From: Eledone cirrhosa
Taxonomy: Eukaryota
Direction: 5' to 3'
Length of the DNA stretch: 64,000 nucleotides
Assembly (NCBI GenBank): GCA_964016885.1
Contig: OZ024743.1
Location: 132,742,001 to 132,806,000 of the forward strand
The translations under genes and the position numbers were made by a program. How positions within the stretch are numbered: the stretch's first letter is position 1; each line of letters opens with the position of its first letter. The notes under the pieces were generated by a model. That model made no database searches. It was not told where the DNA came from and saw nothing but the letters and a program-made list of their open reading frames with translations. Positions 49,401 through 61,000 of this stretch are shown here, piece after piece.

Positions 49401-52400
49401 TTAGGTGTTTGGTGCTTGGTGTTTGGTGCTTGGTGTTTGGTGCTTGGTGCTTGGTGCTTGGTGCTTGGTGTTTGGTGGTTGGTGTTTGGTGCTTGGTGTT
49501 AGGTGTTTGGTGCTTGGTGCTTGGTGTTTGGTGTTTGGTGCTTGGTGTTTGGTGTTTGGTGCTTGGTGTTTGGTGCTTTTTGCTTGGTGCTTGGTGCTTG
49601 GTGTTTGGTGCTTGGTGCTTGGTGTTTGGTGCTGGGTGCTTGGTGTTTGGTGTTTGGTGTTATATGCTTGGTGTTTGATGCTTGGTGCTTGGTGCTTGGT
49701 GTTTGGTGTTTGGTGCTTGGTGTTTGATGCTTGGTGTTTGGTGCTTGGTGTTTGGTGCTTGGTGCTTGGTGTTTGGTGCTTGGTGCTTGGTGTTTGGTGC
49801 TTGGTGTTTGGTGCTTGGTGTTTGGTGCTTGGTGCTTGGTGCTTGGTGCTTGGTGCTTGGTGTTTGGTGGTTGGTGCTTGGTGCTTGGTGTTAGGTGTTT
49901 GGTGCTTGGTGCTTGGTGTTTGGTGTTTGGTGCTTGGTGTTTGGTGTTTGGTGCTTGGTGCTTGGTGTTTGGTGCTTGCTGCTGGCTGCTTGGTGTTTGG
50001 TGCTTGGTGATTGGTGCTTGGTGTTTGGTGCTTGGTGTTTGGTGTTTGGTGCTAGGTGCTTGGTGTTTGGTGCTTGGTGCTTGGTGTTTGTACTTGGTGC
50101 TTGGTGCTTGGTTCTTGGTGTTTGGTGCTTGGTGCTTGGTGTTTGGTGCTTGGTGCTTGGTGTTTGGTGCTTGGTGTTTGGTGCTTGGTGTTTGGTGTTT
50201 GGTGCTTGGTGCTTGGTGTTTGGTGCTTGGTGTTTGGTGCTTGGTGTTAGGTGTTTGGTGCTTGGTGCTTGGTGTTTGGTGTTTGGTGCTTGGCGTGTGG
50301 TGTTTGGTGTTATATGCTTGGTGTTTGTTGCTTGGTGCTTGGTGCTTGGTGTTTGGTGCTTGTTGTTTGATGCTTGGTGCTTGGTGCTTGGTGTTTGGTG
50401 CTTGGTGCTTGGTGTTTGTACTTGGTGCTTGGTGCTTGGTTCTTGGTGTTTGGTGCTTGGTGCTTGGTGTTTGGTGTTTGGTGCTTGGTGTTTGGTGCTT
50501 GGTGTTTGGTGCTTGGTGTTTGGTGCTTGGTGCTTGGTGTTTGGTGTTTGGTGCTTGGTGTTTGGTGCTTGGTGTTTGGTGTTAGGTGTTTGGTGCTTGG
50601 TGTTTGGTGTTTGGTGCTTGGTGCTTGGTGCTTGGTGTTTGGTGCTTGGTGTTTGGTGCTTGGTACTTGGTGCTTGGTGCTTGGTGTTAGGTGTTTGGTG
50701 CTTGGTGCTTGGTGTTTGGTTTTTGGTGCTTGGTGCTTGGTGTTTGGTGTTTGGGGCTTGCTGCTGGCTGCTTGGTGTTTGATGCTTGGTGATTGGTGCT
50801 TGGTGTTTTGTGCTTGGTGTTTCGTGCTTGGTGTTTGGTGTTTGGTGCTTGGTGTTTGGTGCCTGGTGCTTGGTGCTTGGTGTTTGGTGTTTGGTGTTGG
50901 GTGCTTGATGCTTGGTGTTTGGTGCTTGGTGCTGGGTGGTTGGTGTTTAGTGCTTGGTGTTTGGTGCTGGGTGCTTGGTGTTTGGTGCTTGGTGCTTGGT
51001 CTTTGGTGCTTGGTGTTTGGTGTTTGGTGCTTGGTGCTTGGTGCTTGGTGTTTGGTGCTTGGTGTTTGGTGTTTGGTGCTTGGTGCTTAGTGTTTGGTGC
51101 TTGGTGATTAGTGTTTGGTGCTAGGTGCTTGGTGTTTGGTGCTTGGTGCTTGGTGTTTGGTGCCTGGTGCTTGGTGTTTGGTGTTTGGTGTTTGGTGCTT
51201 GGTGCTTGGTGTTTGGTGTTTGCTGTTTGCTGTTTGTTGTTTGGTGTTTGCTGTTTGGTGTTTGGTGTTTGCTTTTTGGTGTTTGGTGTTTGCTGTATGT
51301 TGTTTGCTGTTTGGTGTTTGGTGTTTGGTGTTTCGTGCTTGGTGTTTGGTGCTTGGTGCTTGGTGTTTGGTGCCTGGTGCTTGGTGCTTGGTGCTTGGTG
51401 TTTGGTGTTTGGTGCTTGGTGTTTGGTGTTTGGTGCTTGGTGTTTGGTGCTTGGTACTTGGTGCTTGGTGCTTGGTGTTAGGTGTTTGGTGCTTGGTGTT
51501 TGGTGCTTGGTGTTTGGTGCTTGGTGCTTGGTGCTTGGTGCTTGGTGTTTGGTGGTTGGTGTTTGGTGCTTGGTGTTAGGTGTTTGGTGCTTGGTGCTTG
51601 GTGTTTGGTGTTTGGTGCTTGGTGTTTGGTGTTTGGTGCTTGGTGTTTGGTGCTTTTTGCTTGGTGCTTGGTGCTTGGTGTTTGGTGCTTGGTTCTTGGT
51701 GTTTGCTGCTGGGTGCTTGGTGTTTGGTGTTTGGTGTTATATGCTTGGTGTTTGATGCTTGGTGCTTGGTGCTTGGTGTTTGGTGTTTGGTGCTTGGTGT
51801 TTGATGCTTGGTGCTTGGTGCTTGGTGTTTGGTGCTTGGTGCTTGGTGCTTGGTGTTTGGTGCTTGGTGTTTGGTGCTTGGTGTTTGGTGCTTGGTGCTT
51901 GGTGCTTGGTGTTTGGTGGTTGGTGCTTGGTGCTTGGTGTTAGGTGTTTGGTGCTTGGTGCTTGGTGTTTGGTGTTTGGTGCTTGGTGTTTGGTGTTTGG
52001 TGTTTGGTGTTTGGTGCTTGGTACTTGGTGCTTGGTGCTTGGTGTTAGGTGTTTGGTGCTTGGTGTTTGGTGTCTGGTTTTTGGTGCTTGGTGCTTGGTG
52101 TTTGGTGCTTGCTGCTGGCTGCTTGGTGTTTGGTGCTTGGTGATTGGTTCTTGGTGTTTGGTGCTTGGTGTTTGGTGTTTGGTGCTAGGTGCTTGGTGTT
52201 TGGTGCTTGGGGCTTGGTGTTTGTACTTGGTGCTTGGTGCTTGGTTCTTGGTGTTTGGTGCTTGGTGCTTGGTGTTTGGTGCTTGGTGCTTGGTGTTTGG
52301 TGCTTGGTGTTTGGTGCTTGGTGTTTGGTGCTTGGTGCTTGGTGCTTGGTGTTTGGTGCTTGGTGTTTTGTGCTTGGTGTTAGGTGTTTGGTGCTTGGTG

Positions 52401-55400
52401 CTTGGTGTTAGGTGTTTGGTGCTTGGTATTTGGTGCTTGGTGTTTGGTGCTTGGTGCTTGGTGCTTGGTGCTTGGTGTTTGGTGGTTGGTGTTTGGTGCT
52501 TGGTGTTAGGTGTTTGGTGCTTGGTGCTTGGTGTTTGGTGTTTGGTGCTTGGTGTTTGGTGTTTGGTGCTTGGTGTTTGGTACTTGGTGCTTGGTGCTTG
52601 GTGTTAGGTGTTTGGTGCTTGGTGTTTGGTGTCTGGTTTTTGGTGCTTGGTGCTTGGTGTTTGGTGCTTGCTGCTGGCTGCTTGGTGTTTGGTGCTTGTT
52701 GATTGGTGCTTGGTGTTTGGTGCTAGGTGCTTGGTGTTTGGTGCTTGGTGCTTGGTGTTTGTACTTGGTGCTTGGTGCTTGGTTCTTGGTGTTTGGTGCT
52801 GGGTGCTTGGTGTTTGGTGTTTGGTGTTATATGCTTGGTGTTTGATGCTTGGTGCTTGGTGCTTGGTGTTTGGTGTTTGGTGCTTGGTGTTTGATGCTTG
52901 GTGCTTGGTGCTTGGTGTTTGGTGCTTGGTGCTTGGTGCTTGGTGTTTGGTGCTTGGTGTTTGGTGCTTGGTATTTGGTGCTTGGTGCTTGGTGCTTGGT
53001 GTTTGGTGGTTGGTGCTTGGTGCTTGGTGTTAGGTGTTTGGTGCTTGGTGCTTGGTGTTTGGTGCTTGGTGTTTGGTGTTTGGTGTTTGGTGTTTGGTGC
53101 TTGGTACTTGGTGCTTGGTGCTTGGTGTTAGGTGTTTGGTGCTTGGTGTTTGGTGTCTGGTTTTTGGTGCTTGGTGCTTGGTGTTTGGTGCTTGCTGCTG
53201 GCTGCTTGGTGTTTGGTGCTTGTTGATTGGTGCTTGGTGTTTGGTGCTAGGTGCTTGGTGTTTGGTGCTTGGTGCTTGGTGTTTGTACTTGGTGCTTGGT
53301 GCTTGGTTCTTGGTGTTTGGTGCTTGGTGCTTGGTGTTTGGTGCTTGGTGCTTGGTGTTTGGTGCTTGGTGTTTGGTGCTTGGTGTTTGGTGCTTGGTGC
53401 TTGGTGCTTGGTGTTTGGTGCTTGGTGTTTGGTGCTTGGTGTTAGGTGTTTGGTGCTTGGTGCTTGGTGTTAGGTGTTTGGTGCTTGGTGTTTGGTGCTT
53501 GGTGTTTGGTGCTTGGTGCTTGGTGCTTGGTGCTTGGTGTTTGGTGGTTGGTGTTTGGTGCTTGGTGTTAGGTGTTTGGTGCTTGGTGCTTGGTGTTTGG
53601 TGTTTGGTGCTTGGTGTTTGGTGTTTGGTGCTTGGTGTTTGGTGCTTTTTGCTTGGTGCTTGGTGCTTGGTGTTTGGTGCTTGGTGCTTGGTGTTTGGTG
53701 CTGGGTGCTTGGTGTTTGGTGTTTGGTGTTATATGCTTGGTGTTTGATGCTTGGTGCTTGGTGCTTGGTGTTTGGTGTTTGGTGCTTGGTGTTTGATGCT
53801 TGGTGTTTGGTGCTTGGTGTTTGGTGCTTGGTGCTTGGTGTTTGGTGCTTGGTGCTTGGTGTTTGGTGCTTGGTGTTTGGTGCTTGGTGTTTGGTGCTTG
53901 GTGCTTGGTGCTTGGTGCTTGGTGCTTGGTGTTTGGTGGTTGGTGCTTGGTGCTTGGTGTTAGGTGTTTGGTGCTTGGTGCTTGGTGTTTGGTGTTTGGT
54001 GCTTGGTGTTTGGTGTTTGGTGCTTGGTGCTTGGTGTTTGGTGCTTGCTGCTGGCTGCTTGGTGTTTGGTGCTTGGTGATTGGTGCTTGGTGTTTGGTGC
54101 TTGGTGTTTGGTGTTTGGTGCTAGGTGCTTGGTGTTTGGTGCTTGGTGCTTGGTGTTTGTACTTGGTGCTTGGTGCTTGGTTCTTGGTGTTTGGTGCTTG
54201 GTGCTTGGTGTTTGGTGCTTGGTGCTTGGTGTTTGGTGCTTGGTGTTTGGTGCTTGGTGTTTGGTGTTTGGTGCTTGGTGCTTGGTGTTTGGTGCTTGGT
54301 GTTTGGTGCTTGGTGTTAGGTGTTTGGTGCTTGGTGCTTGGTGTTTGGTGTTTGGTGCTTGGCGTGTGGTGTTTGGTGTTATATGCTTGGTGTTTGTTGC
54401 TTGGTGCTTGGTGCTTGGTGTTTGGTGCTTGTTGTTTGATGCTTGGTGCTTGGTGCTTGGTGTTTGGTGCTTGGTGCTTGGTGTTTGTACTTGGTGCTTG
54501 GTGCTTGGTTCTTGGTGTTTGGTGCTTGGTGCTTGGTGTTTGGTGTTTGGTGCTTGGTGTTTGGTGCTTGGTGTTTGGTGCTTGGTGTTTGGTGCTTGGT
54601 GCTTGGTGTTTGGTGTTTGGTGCTTGGTGTTTGGTGCTTGGTGTTTGGTGTTAGGTGTTTGGTGCTTGGTGTTTGGTGTTTGGTGCTTGGTGCTTGGTGC
54701 TTGGTGTTTGGTGCTTGGTGTTTGGTGCTTGGTACTTGGTGCTTGGTGCTTGGTGTTAGGTGTTTGGTGCTTGGTGCTTGGTGTTTGGTTTTTGGTGCTT
54801 GGTGCTTGGTGTTTGGTGTTTGGGGCTTGCTGCTGGCTGCTTGGTGTTTGATGCTTGGTGATTGGTGCTTGGTGTTTTGTGCTTGGTGTTTCGTGCTTGG
54901 TGTTTGGTGTTTGGTGCTTGGTGTTTGGTGCCTGGTGCTTGGTGCTTGGTGTTTGGTGTTTGGTGTTGGGTGCTTGATGCTTGGTGTTTGGTGCTTGATG
55001 CTGGGTGGTTGGTGTTTAGTGCTTGGTGTTTGGTGCTGGGTGCTTGGTGTTTGGTGCTTGGTGCTTGGTCTTTGGTGCTTGGTGTTTGGTGTTTGGTGCT
55101 TGGTGCTTGGTGCTTGGTGTTTGGTGCTTGGTGTTTGGTGTTTGGTGCTTGGTGCTTAGTGTTTGGTGCTTGGTGATTAGTGTTTGGTGCTAGGTGCTTG
55201 GTGTTTGGTGCTTGGTGCTTGGTGTTTGGTGCCTGGTGCTTGGTGTTTGGTGTTTGGTGTTTGGTGCTTGGTGCTTGGTGTTTGGTGTTTGCTGTTTGCT
55301 GTTTGTTGTTTGGTGTTTGCTGTTTGGTGTTTGGTGTTTGCTTTTTGGTGTTTGGTGTTTGCTGTATGTTGTTTGCTGTTTGGTGTTTGGTGTTTGGTGT

Positions 55401-58037
55401 TTCGTGCTTGGTGTTTGGTGCTTGGTGCTTGGTGTTTGGTGCCTGGTGCTTGGTGCTTGGTGCTTGGTGTTTGGTGTTTGGTGCTTGGTGTTTGGTGTTT
55501 GGTGCTTGGTGTTTGGTGCTTGGTACTTGGTGCTTGGTGCTTGGTGTTAGGTGTTTGGTGCTTGGTGTTTGGTGCTTGGTGTTTGGTGCTTGGTGCTTGG
55601 TGCTTGGTGCTTGGTGTTTGGTGGTTGGTGTTTGGTGTTTGGTGTTTGGTGCTTGGTGTTTGGTGCTTTTTGCTTGGTGCTTGGTGCTTGGTGTTTGGTG
55701 CTTGGTTCTTGGTGTTTGCTGCTGGGTGCTTGGTGTTTGGTGTTTGGTGTTATATGCTTGGTGTTTGATGCTTGGTGCTTGGTGCTTGGTGTTTGGTGTT
55801 TGGTGCTTGGTGTTTGATGCTTGGTGCTTGGTGCTTGGTGTTTGGTGCTTGGTGCTTGGTGCTTGGTGTTTGGTGCTTGGTGTTTGGTGCTTGGTGTTTG
55901 GTGCTTGGTGCTTGGTGCTTGGTGTTTGGTGGTTGGTGCTTGGTGCTTGGTGTTAGGTGTTTGGTGCTTGGTGCTTGGTGTTTCGTGTTTGGTGCTTGGT
56001 GTTTGGTGTTTGGTGTTTGGTGTTTGGTGCTTGGTACTTGGTGCTTGGTGCTTGGTGTTAGGTGTTTGGTGCTTGGTGTTTGGTGTCTGGTTTTTGGTGC
56101 TTGGTGCTTGGTGTTTGGTGCTTGCTGCTGGCTGCTTGGTGTTTGGTGCTTGGTGATTGGTTCTTGGTGTTTGGTGCTTGGTGTTTGGTGTTTGGTGCTA
56201 GGTGCTTGGTGTTTGGTGCTTGGTGCTTGGTGTTTGTACTTGGTGCTTGGTGCTTGGTTCTTGGTGTTTGGTGCTTGGTGCTTGGTGTTTGGTGCTTGGT
56301 GCTTGGTGTTTGGTGCTTGGTGTTTGGTGCTTGGTGTTTGGTGCTTGGTGCTTGGTGCTTGGTGTTTGGTGCTTGGTGTTTGGTGCTTGGTGTTAGGTGT
56401 TTGGTGCTTGGTGCTTGGTGTTAGGTGTTTGGTGCTTGGTATTTGGTGCTTGGTGTTTGGTGCTTGGTGCTTGGTGCTTGGTGCTTGGTGTTTGGTGGTT
56501 GGTGTTTGGTGCTTGGTGTTAGGTGTTTGGTGCTTGGTGCTTGGTGTTTGGTGTTTGGTGCTTGGTGTTTGGTGTTTGGTGCTTGGTGTTTGGTACTTGG
56601 TGCTTGGTGCTTGGTGTTAGGTGTTTGGTGCTTGGTGTTTGGTGTCTGGTTTTTGGTGCTTGGTGCTTGGTGTTTGGTGCTTGCTGCTGGCTGCTTGGTG
56701 TTTGGTGCTTGTTGATTGGTGCTTGGTGTTTGGTGCTAGGTGCTTGGTGTTTGGTGCTTGGTGCTTGGTGTTTGTACTTGGTGCTTGGTGCTTGGTTCTT
56801 GGTGTTTGGTGCTGGGTGCTTGGTGTTTGGTGTTTGGTGTTATATGCTTGGTGTTTGATGCTTGGGGCTTGGTGCTTGGTGTTTGGTGTTTGGTGCTTGG
56901 TGTTTGATGCTTGGTGCTTGGTGCTTGGTGTTTGGTGCTTGGTGCTTGGTGCTTGGTGTTTGGTGCTTGGTGTTTGGTGCTTGGTATTTGGTGCTTGGTG
57001 CTTGGTGCTTGGTGTTTGGTGGTTGGTGCTTGGTGCTTGGTGTTAGGTGTTTGGTGCTTGGTGCTTGGTGTTTGGTGCTTGGTGTTTGGTGTTTGGTGTT
57101 TGGTGTTTGGTGCTTGGTACTTGGTGCTTGGTGCTTGGTGTTAGGTGTTTGGTGCTTGGTGTTTGGTGTCTGGTTTTTGGTGCTTGGTGCTTGGTGTTTG
57201 GTGCTTGCTGCTGGCTGCTTGGTGTTTGGTGCTTGTTGATTGGTGCTTGGTGTTTGGTGCTAGGTGCTTGGTGTTTGGTGCTTGGTGCTTGGTGTTTGTA
57301 CTTGGTGCTTGGTGCTTGGTTCTTGGTGTTTGGTGCTTGGTGCTTGGTGTTTGGTGCTTGGTGCTTGGTGTTTGGTGCTTGGTGTTTGGTGCTTGGTGTT
57401 TGGTGCTTGGTGCTTGGTGCTTGGTGTTTGGTGCTTGGTGTTTGGTGCTTGGTGTTAGGTGTTTGGTGCTTGGTGCTTGGTGTTAGGTGTTTGGTGCTTG
57501 GTGTTTGGTGCTTGGTGTTTGGTGCTTGGTGCTTGGTGCTTGGTGCTTGGTGTTTGGTGGTTGGTGTTTGGTGCTTGGTGTTAGGTGTTTGGTGCTTGGT
57601 GCTTGGTGTTTGGTGTTTGGTGCTTGGTGTTTGGTGTTTGGTGCTTGGTGTTTGGTGCTTTTTGCTTGGTGCTTGGTGCTTGGTGTTTGGTGCTTGGTGC
57701 TTGGTGTTTGGTGCTGGGTGCTTGGTGTTTGGTGTTTGGTGTTATATGCTTGGTGTTTGATGCTTGGTGCTTGGTGCTTGGTGTTTGGTGTTTGGTGCTT
57801 GGTGTTTGATGCTTGGTGTTTGGTGCTTGGTGTTTGGTGCTTGGTGCTTGGTGTTTGGTGCTTGGTGCTTGGTGTTTGGTGCTTGGTGTTTGGTGCTTGG
57901 TGTTTGGTGCTTGGTGCTTGGTGCTTGGTGCTTGGTGCTTGGTGTTTGGTGGTTGGTGCTTGGTGCTTGGTGTTAGGTGTTTGGTGCTTGGTGCTTGGTG
58001 TTTGGTGTTTGGTGCTTGGTGTTTGGTGTTTGGTGCT
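46435..58037 (+). repeat. 4069-bp tandem higher-order repeat, ~2.9 nearly identical copies; the third copy lacks 56 bp (8 units) near 55635
   Basis: ORF triplets 46724/50793/54862, 47042/51111/55180 and 47413/51482/55551 (+4069 each). Downstream triplets 47690/51759/55772, 48965/53034/57047 and 49682/53751/57764 are +4069 then +4013. 4069 = 582x7 - 5, matching five TTGTAC 6-mers per copy. Confidence 0.94.
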
Positions 58038-61000
58038 TGGTGTTTGGTGCTTGGTACGTGGTGCTTGGTGCTTGGTGTTAGTTGTTTGGTGCTTGGTGTT
58101 TGGTGTCTGGTTTTTGGTGCTTGGTGCTTGGTGCTTAGTGTTTGGTGCTTGGTGCTTAGTGTTTGGTGCTAGGTGCTTGGTGTTTGGTGCTTGGTGCTTG
58201 GTGTTTGGTGCCTGGTGCTTGGTGTTTGGTGTTTGGTGTTTGGTGCTTGGTGCTTGGTGTTTGGTGTTTGCTGTTTGCTGTTTGTTGTTTGGTGTTTGCT
58301 GTTTGGTGTTTGGTGTTTGCTTTTTGGTGCTTGGTGTTTGATGCTTGGTGCTTGGTGCTTGGTGTTTGGTGCTTGGTGCTTGGTGTTTGGTGTTTGGTGC
58401 TTGGTGCTTGGTGTTTGGTGCTTGCTGCTGGCTGCTTGGTGTTTGGTGCTTGGTGATTGGTGCTTGGTGTTTGGTGCGTGGTGTTTGGTGTTTGGTGCTA
58501 GGTGCTTGGTGTTTGGTGCTTGGTGCTTGGTGTTTGTACTTGGTGCTTGGTGCTTGGTTCTTGGTGTTTGGTGCTTGGTGCTTGGTGTTTGGTGCTTGGT
58601 GCTTGGTGTTTGGTGCTTGGTGTTTGGTGCTTGGTGTTTGGTGTTTGGTGCTTGGTGCTTGGTGTTTGGTGCTTGGTGTTTGGTGCTTGGTGTTAGGTGT
58701 TTGGTGCTTGGTGCTTGGTGTTTGGTGTTTGGTGCTTGGCGTTTGGTGTTTGGTGTTATATGCTTGGTGTTTGATGCTTGGTGCTTGGTGCTTGGTGTTT
58801 GGTGCTTGGTGTTTGATGCTTGGTGCTTGGTGCTTGGTGTTTGGTGCTTGGTGCTTGGTGTTTGTACTTGGTGCTTGGTGCTTGGTTCTTGGTGTTTGGT
58901 GCTTGGGGCTTGGTGTTTGGTGTTTGGTGCTTGGTGTTTGGTGCTTGGTGTTTGGTGCTTGGTGTTTGGTGCTTGGTACTTGGTGCTTGGTGCTTGGTGT
59001 TAGGTGTTTGGTGCTTGGTGCTTGGTTTTTGGTTTTTGGTGCTTGGTGCTTGGTGTTTGGTGTTTGGGGCTTGCTGCTGGCTGCTTGGTGTTTGATGCTT
59101 GGTGATTGGTGCTTGGTGTTTTGTGCTTGGTGTTTCGTGCTTGGTGTTTGGTGCTTGGTGCTTGGTGTTTGGTGCCTGGTGCTTGGTGCTTGGTGTTTGG
59201 TGTTTGGTGTTAGGTGCTTGATGCTTGGTGTTTGGTGCTTGGTGCTGGGTGGTTGGTGTTTAGTGCTTGGTGTTTGGTGCTGGGTGCTTGGTGTTTGGTG
59301 CTTGGTGCTTGGTCTTTGGTGCTTGGTGTTTGGTGTTTGGTGCTTGGTGCTTGGTGCTTGGTGTTTGGTGCTTGGTGCTTGGTGTTTGGTGCTTGGTGCT
59401 TAGTGTTTGGTGCTTGGTGCTTAGTGTTTGGTGCTAGGTGCTTGGTGTTTGGTGCTTGGTGCTTGGTGTTTGGTGCCTGGTGATTGGTGTTTGGTGTTTG
59501 GTGTTTGGTGCTTGGTGCTTGGTGTTTGGTGTTTGCTGTTTGCTGTTTGTTGTTTGGTGTTTGCTGTTTGGTGTTTGGTGATTGCTTTTTGGTGTTTGGT
59601 GTTTGCTGTATGTTGTTTGCTGTTTGGTGTTTGGTGTTTGGTGTTTCGTGCTTGGTGTTTGGTGCTTGGTGCTTGGTGTTTGGTGCCTGGTGCTTGGTGC
59701 TTGGTGCTTGGTGTTTGGTGTTTGGTGCTTGGTGCTTGGAGTTTGGTGTTTGGTGCTTGGTGCTTGGTGTTTCGTGTTTCGTGTTTGGTTTTTGGTGCTT
59801 GGTGCTTGGTGCTTGGTCCTTGGTGTTTGGTGTTTGCTGCTTGGTGTTTGATGCTTGGTGCTTGGTGCTTGGTGTTTTGTGTTTGGTGCTTGGTGCTTGG
59901 TGTTTGGTGCTTGGTGCTTGTTGCTTGGTGTTTGTACTTGGTGCTTGGTGTTTCGTTCTTGGTTCTTGGTGTTTGGTGTTTGGCGTTTGCTGTTTGGTGC
60001 TTGGTGCTTGGTGTTTGGTGCTTGGTGCTTGGTGTTTGGTGCCTGGTGCTTGGTGCTTGGTGTTTGGTGTTTGGTGCTTGGTGCTTGGTGCTTGGAGTTT
60101 GGTGTTTGGTGCTTGGTGCTTTGTGTTTTGTGTTTGGTGTTTGGTTTTTGGTGCTTGGTGCTTGGTCCTTGGTGTTTGGTGCTGGGTGCTTTGTGTTTGG
60201 TGCTTGGTGCTTGGTGTTTGGTGTTTGCTGCTTGGTGTTTGATGCTTGGTGCTTGGTGCTTGGTGTTTTGTGTTTGGTGCTTGGTTCTTGGTGTATGGTG
60301 CTTGGTGCTTGGTACTTGGTGTTTGTACTTGGTGCTTGGTGCTTGGTGTTTGGTTCTTGGTTCTTGGTGTTTGGTACTTGGTGCTTCGTGCTTGATGTTT
60401 GGTGTTTGGTGCTTGGTGTTTGGTGCTTGGTGCTTGGTGCTTGGTGTTAGGTGTTTGGTGCTTGGTCTTTGGTGTTTGGTGCTTGGTGTTTGGTGTTTGC
60501 TGTTTGGTGTTTGGTGTTTGGTGTTTGGTGTTTGCTGTTTGGTGTCTGCTTTTTGGTGTTCAGTGTTTGCTGTATGGTGTTTGGTGTTTGCTGTTTGGTG
60601 TTTGGTCTTTGGTGCTTGGTGTTTGGTGCTTGTTGATTGGTGCTTGGTGTTTGGTGCTAGGTGCTTGGTGTTTGGTGCTTGGTGCTTGGTGTTTGTACTT
60701 GGTGCTTGGTGCTTGGTTCTTGGTGTTTGGTGCTTGGTGCTTGGTGTTTGGTGCTTGGTGCTTGGTGTTTGGTGCTTGGTGTTTGGTGCTTGGTGTTTGG
60801 TGCTTGGTGCTTGGTGCTTGGTGTTTGGTGCTTGGTGTTTGGTGCTTGGTGTTAGGTGTTTGGTGCTTGGTGCTTGGTGTTAGGTGTTTGGTGCTTGGTG
60901 TTTGGTGCTTGGTGTTTGGTGCTTGGTGCTTGGTGCTTGGTGCTTGGTGTTTGGTGGTTGGTGTTTGGTGCTTGGTGTTAGGTGTTTGGTGCTTGGTGCT

